In this document: positions 18,548-20,000 of the stretch, piece by piece | Position numbering within the stretch: position 1 is the stretch's first letter | How the letters are laid out: every line of letters starts with the position of its first letter | IMG/VR virus record: IMGVR_UViG_3300044732_001058 | Direction: 5' to 3' (one strand) | DNA from: an uncultured virus (IMG/VR IMGVR_UViG_3300044732_001058) | Taxonomy: Duplodnaviria > Heunggongvirae > Uroviricota > Caudoviricetes | Length of the DNA: 20,000 bases | Notes under the pieces: generated by a model | Told to the model about the DNA's origin: nothing | Seen by the model: only the letters and a program-made list of their open reading frames with translations | Database searches by the model: none | Translations under genes and position numbers: made by a program

Positions 18548-18733
18548 ATGCAAGACATTAACAACAACGAACTCGCCACCCTTCGTATCGCTCTTATGGA
18601 TAAGATAGATAAGATGGATAGAATCATCAAAGAGTGCGAAAAGACAAACGATCAGCTTAGTAAGTTATATTGGGAAGAAGCTATTGTTAAACACAACGAA
18701 TTGTTAAACAAGTTGTATGATATGCAGAGATAG
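18548..18733 (+). CDS. Small helical protein, paralogue B (61 aa)
   Basis: 17 of 61 positions identical to paralogue C in an ungapped alignment (hand count), including C30, N34, Y41 and W42. Confidence 0.8.
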   Translation: MQDINNNELATLRIALMDKIDKMDRIIKECEKTNDQLSKLYWEEAIVKHNELLNKLYDMQR

Positions 18734-18747
18734 TAATACAATAGCGC

Positions 18748-18786
18748 AGCAAGAAGCGTGCCAACCACCTTGGCACGCTATCTGCT
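18748..18786. promoter_or_regulatory. Back-to-back pair of sigma54-like sites (sites 3 and 4)
   Basis: Minus TTGGCACGCTTCTTGCT (18748-64), then CCACC, then plus TTGGCACGCTATCTGCT (18770-86). Confidence 0.75.
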
Positions 18787-18829
18787 CCCCCCCCCCCCCC
18801 CCCGGGGGGGGGGGGAGGGGGGGGTGGGG
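18787..18829. repeat. Cn-Gn inverted homopolymer tract 1 (C17 G12 A G8 T G4)
   Basis: Read directly; homopolymer lengths may be imprecise. Confidence 0.75.
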
Positions 18830-18833
18830 CCTT

Positions 18834-18850
18834 AGCAAGGCCCGTGCCAA
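18834..18850 (-). promoter_or_regulatory. sigma54-like site 5 (full consensus match)
   Basis: Minus TTGGCACGGGCCTTGCT, pointing into tract 1 from the right. Confidence 0.75.
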
Positions 18851-18865
18851 CCTATCCGCCAACCC

Positions 18866-19057
18866 TCAGTATACGTCGTCAACGTATTGGTTCGCGTCGT
18901 CTGCGACATCGTCGTAGACAGGCTCTGCGACATCGTCGCAGGTTGGGACGTTGTCCACCGTGTTGTCCTCGGTGCCGTTGTACGCACCGTAGAACTCCTC
19001 GGGCGCGACGGTGGCGAAACTGGCGACTTCGTTCTGCGGGTCAATCATTGAATTCAT
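18866..19057 (-). CDS. Very acidic small protein (63 aa), DNA-mimic candidate
   Basis: C-terminal part of track ORF 18866..19360, restarted at ATG 19057: MNSMIDPQNEVASFATVAPEEFYGAYNGTEDNTVDNVPTCDDVAEPVYDDVADDANQYVDDVY. It has 16 D/E and no K/R, and a promoter placed at this ATG. Confidence 0.7.
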   Translation of the reverse strand: MNSMIDPQNEVASFATVAPEEFYGAYNGTEDNTVDNVPTCDDVAEPVYDDVADDANQYVDDVY

Positions 19058-19063
19058 GCGTAA

Positions 19064-19092
19064 AGAGTAGGCTGGAAACCTTTCGGACACAA
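19064..19092 (-). promoter_or_regulatory. sigma70-type promoter for a leaderless transcript
   Basis: Minus strand TTGTGT (19092-87), 17 bp, TACTCT (19069-64), 6 nt, ATG at 19057. Confidence 0.6.
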
Positions 19093-19135
19093 GAAAAAAA
19101 TGCAAAAAAAGAAAAAAAAATATGCAAAAAAAAGC

Positions 19136-19165
19136 TTGACACAGCCAACCGCGCATGAGTATAAT
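19136..19165 (+). promoter_or_regulatory. Consensus sigma70 promoter with no credible downstream start codon
   Basis: A-tracts at 19091-19133, TTGACA (19136-41), 18 bp, TATAAT (19160-65). It is divergent from the 19064-19092 promoter. Confidence 0.75.
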
Positions 19166-19184
19166 GGGGTATCGCAAGGGGATA

Positions 19185-19220
19185 CCCCCCCCCCCCCCCC
19201 CCCCGGGGGGGGGGGGGGGG
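19185..19220. repeat. Cn-Gn inverted homopolymer tract 2 (C20 G16)
   Basis: Read directly. It is preceded by the inverted repeat GGGGTATC-gcaaggg-GATACCCC (19166-19188). Confidence 0.75.
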
Positions 19221-19221
19221 A

Positions 19222-19290
19222 AGCAAGAAGTGTGCCAAGAGGTTGGCATGATATCTGCTGGGAGCAAGTACCGTGCCAAGTGCGCGCCAA
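19222..19290. promoter_or_regulatory. Cluster of three sigma54-like sites (6, 7, 8) plus a weaker overlapping one
   Basis: Minus TTGGCACACTTCTTGCT (19222-38), GAGG, plus TTGGCATGATATCTGCT (19243-59), GGG, minus TTGGCACGGTACTTGCT (19263-79). A degenerate minus TTGGCGCGCACTTGGCA spans 19274-90. Confidence 0.75.
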
Positions 19291-19396
19291 GATTAAAAAA
19301 AGATTTTTGCGATTTTTCTCGACTTCGTGCGAAGATTTCAAGTGTAAACGTCAGGTCCACGCTCGAAAGAAAGTGAAAAAAAATATACGAAAGATG

Positions 19397-19425
19397 TGGA
19401 CGAATCTCAGCCTTTCGTCTAATCT
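19397..19425 (+). promoter_or_regulatory. sigma70-type promoter for a leaderless transcript
   Basis: AAAGTGAAAAAAAA upstream, TGGACG (19397-402), 17 bp, TAATCT (19420-25), 6 nt, ATG at 19432. Confidence 0.65.
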
Positions 19426-19431
19426 TTGGGC

Positions 19432-19620
19432 ATGGAAAACGAAATCAAATGGTCGGATCTGGTGGACATCGAAGTTGACGGTGGCACTTCAACGGTGGCT
19501 TACGTCACAAGCGCATTCAGCAAGGTGCTGAATCGGGAACTCACGGAAGATGAGTGCGAGGCGGTCACTGCGAAGTTCTCTCGCGAGATGTACGAATTGG
19601 AGTTCAACAGGAAGTACTAA
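19432..19620 (+). CDS. Small acidic hypothetical protein (62 aa, MENEIKWSDLVDIEVDGG...RELTEDECE...)
   Basis: Track ORF 19426..19620 restarted at ATG 19432, the predicted +1. It has 14 D/E and 7 K/R. Confidence 0.75.
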   Translation: MENEIKWSDLVDIEVDGGTSTVAYVTSAFSKVLNRELTEDECEAVTAKFSREMYELEFNRKY

Positions 19621-19672
19621 CAACAACAACAGTAGTAGTAATACTACAATAACCTTTTATATAAATAACAAC

Positions 19673-19864
19673 ATGAAAAACATTTCTTATACTGAGCGCG
19701 TTGCAATCATGGCGGCTCTTAACATTCGTTTGTCACAGATTGACGATGAAATCAAATTGTGTCAGAAGCTCAACAACGAAGACAGTGTTATATACTGGAG
19801 CAAAGAGCGTCAAACACTAGATGACGCATTCAATAAATTTACTGATTTAGTGATAAGTCAGTGA
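19673..19864 (+). CDS. Small helical protein, paralogue C (63 aa, MKNISYTERVAIMAAL...)
   Basis: 3' part of track ORF 19550..19864. ATG 19673 follows an (AAC)n leader and aligns from residue 1 with paralogue B. Confidence 0.8.
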   Translation: MKNISYTERVAIMAALNIRLSQIDDEIKLCQKLNNEDSVIYWSKERQTLDDAFNKFTDLVISQ

Positions 19865-19881
19865 TAGTAGTATAACGGTAC

Positions 19882-19920
19882 AGCACAAAGTGTGCCAACC
19901 ATCTTGGCACGGCATCTGCT
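19882..19920. promoter_or_regulatory. Back-to-back pair of sigma54-like sites (sites 9 and 10)
   Basis: Minus TTGGCACACTTTGTGCT (19882-98), then CCATC, then plus TTGGCACGGCATCTGCT (19904-20). The layout is the same as sites 3 and 4. Confidence 0.75.
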
Positions 19921-19983
<63 letters not shown>

Positions 19984-20000
19984 CCCAAACACACAAACCC

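Noticed and set aside
18717..19531. Track ORFs containing poly-Pro/poly-Gly (18717..18917, 19041..19238, 19054..19341, 19100..19531, 19155..19376 and the 5' part of 18866..19360)
   Set aside because: They are read-throughs of stop-free C/G and A/T homopolymer tracts and they overlap promoters and motif sites.
19550..19672. N-terminal extension of track ORF 19550..19864
   Set aside because: It overlaps the 19432 ORF and translates the (AAC)n linker as poly-Asn/Ser. The paralogue alignment places the start at 19673.
17671..19920. CRISPR array or integron attC array as the explanation for the repeated TTGGCAC/GTGCCAA motifs
   Set aside because: The repeats are only 17 bp with variable cores, occur in both orientations and are irregularly spaced. 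There are no uniform spacers, no GTTRRRY/RYYYAAC ends, and no cas or integrase gene in the window.

Overview
This window looks like part of a large, AT-rich tailed dsDNA phage genome. From about 17.35 kb leftwards there is an almost continuous minus-strand run: endonuclease VII, a glycosylation cluster, PhoH, a zinc-ribbon protein, a sigma70-like factor, a hypothetical protein, an ERCC4-type nuclease, terminase large subunit, portal and a prohead protease cut by the window edge. The glycosylation cluster holds an NDP-sugar epimerase, a methyltransferase, two multidomain glycosyltransferases (one with an Aah/TibC-like heptosyltransferase domain) and a lone plus-strand GT4. The last ~2.6 kb is different and is the most interesting part. 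It holds seven small ORFs. Four have sigma70-type promoters placed for leaderless transcripts, and three are paralogues sharing C-x3-N-x7-W. Between them lie ten 17-bp matches to the sigma54 (RpoN) -24/-12 consensus (TTGGCAYRnnnnnTGCT), set in inverted pairs and abutting long Cn-Gn inverted homopolymer tracts. Nearly all of these sites point into the GC tracts, at each other or antisense to genes, which suggests an RpoN/RNA polymerase decoy or roadblock array in an early, host-takeover region. All product calls come from motifs read by eye; no database search was run.
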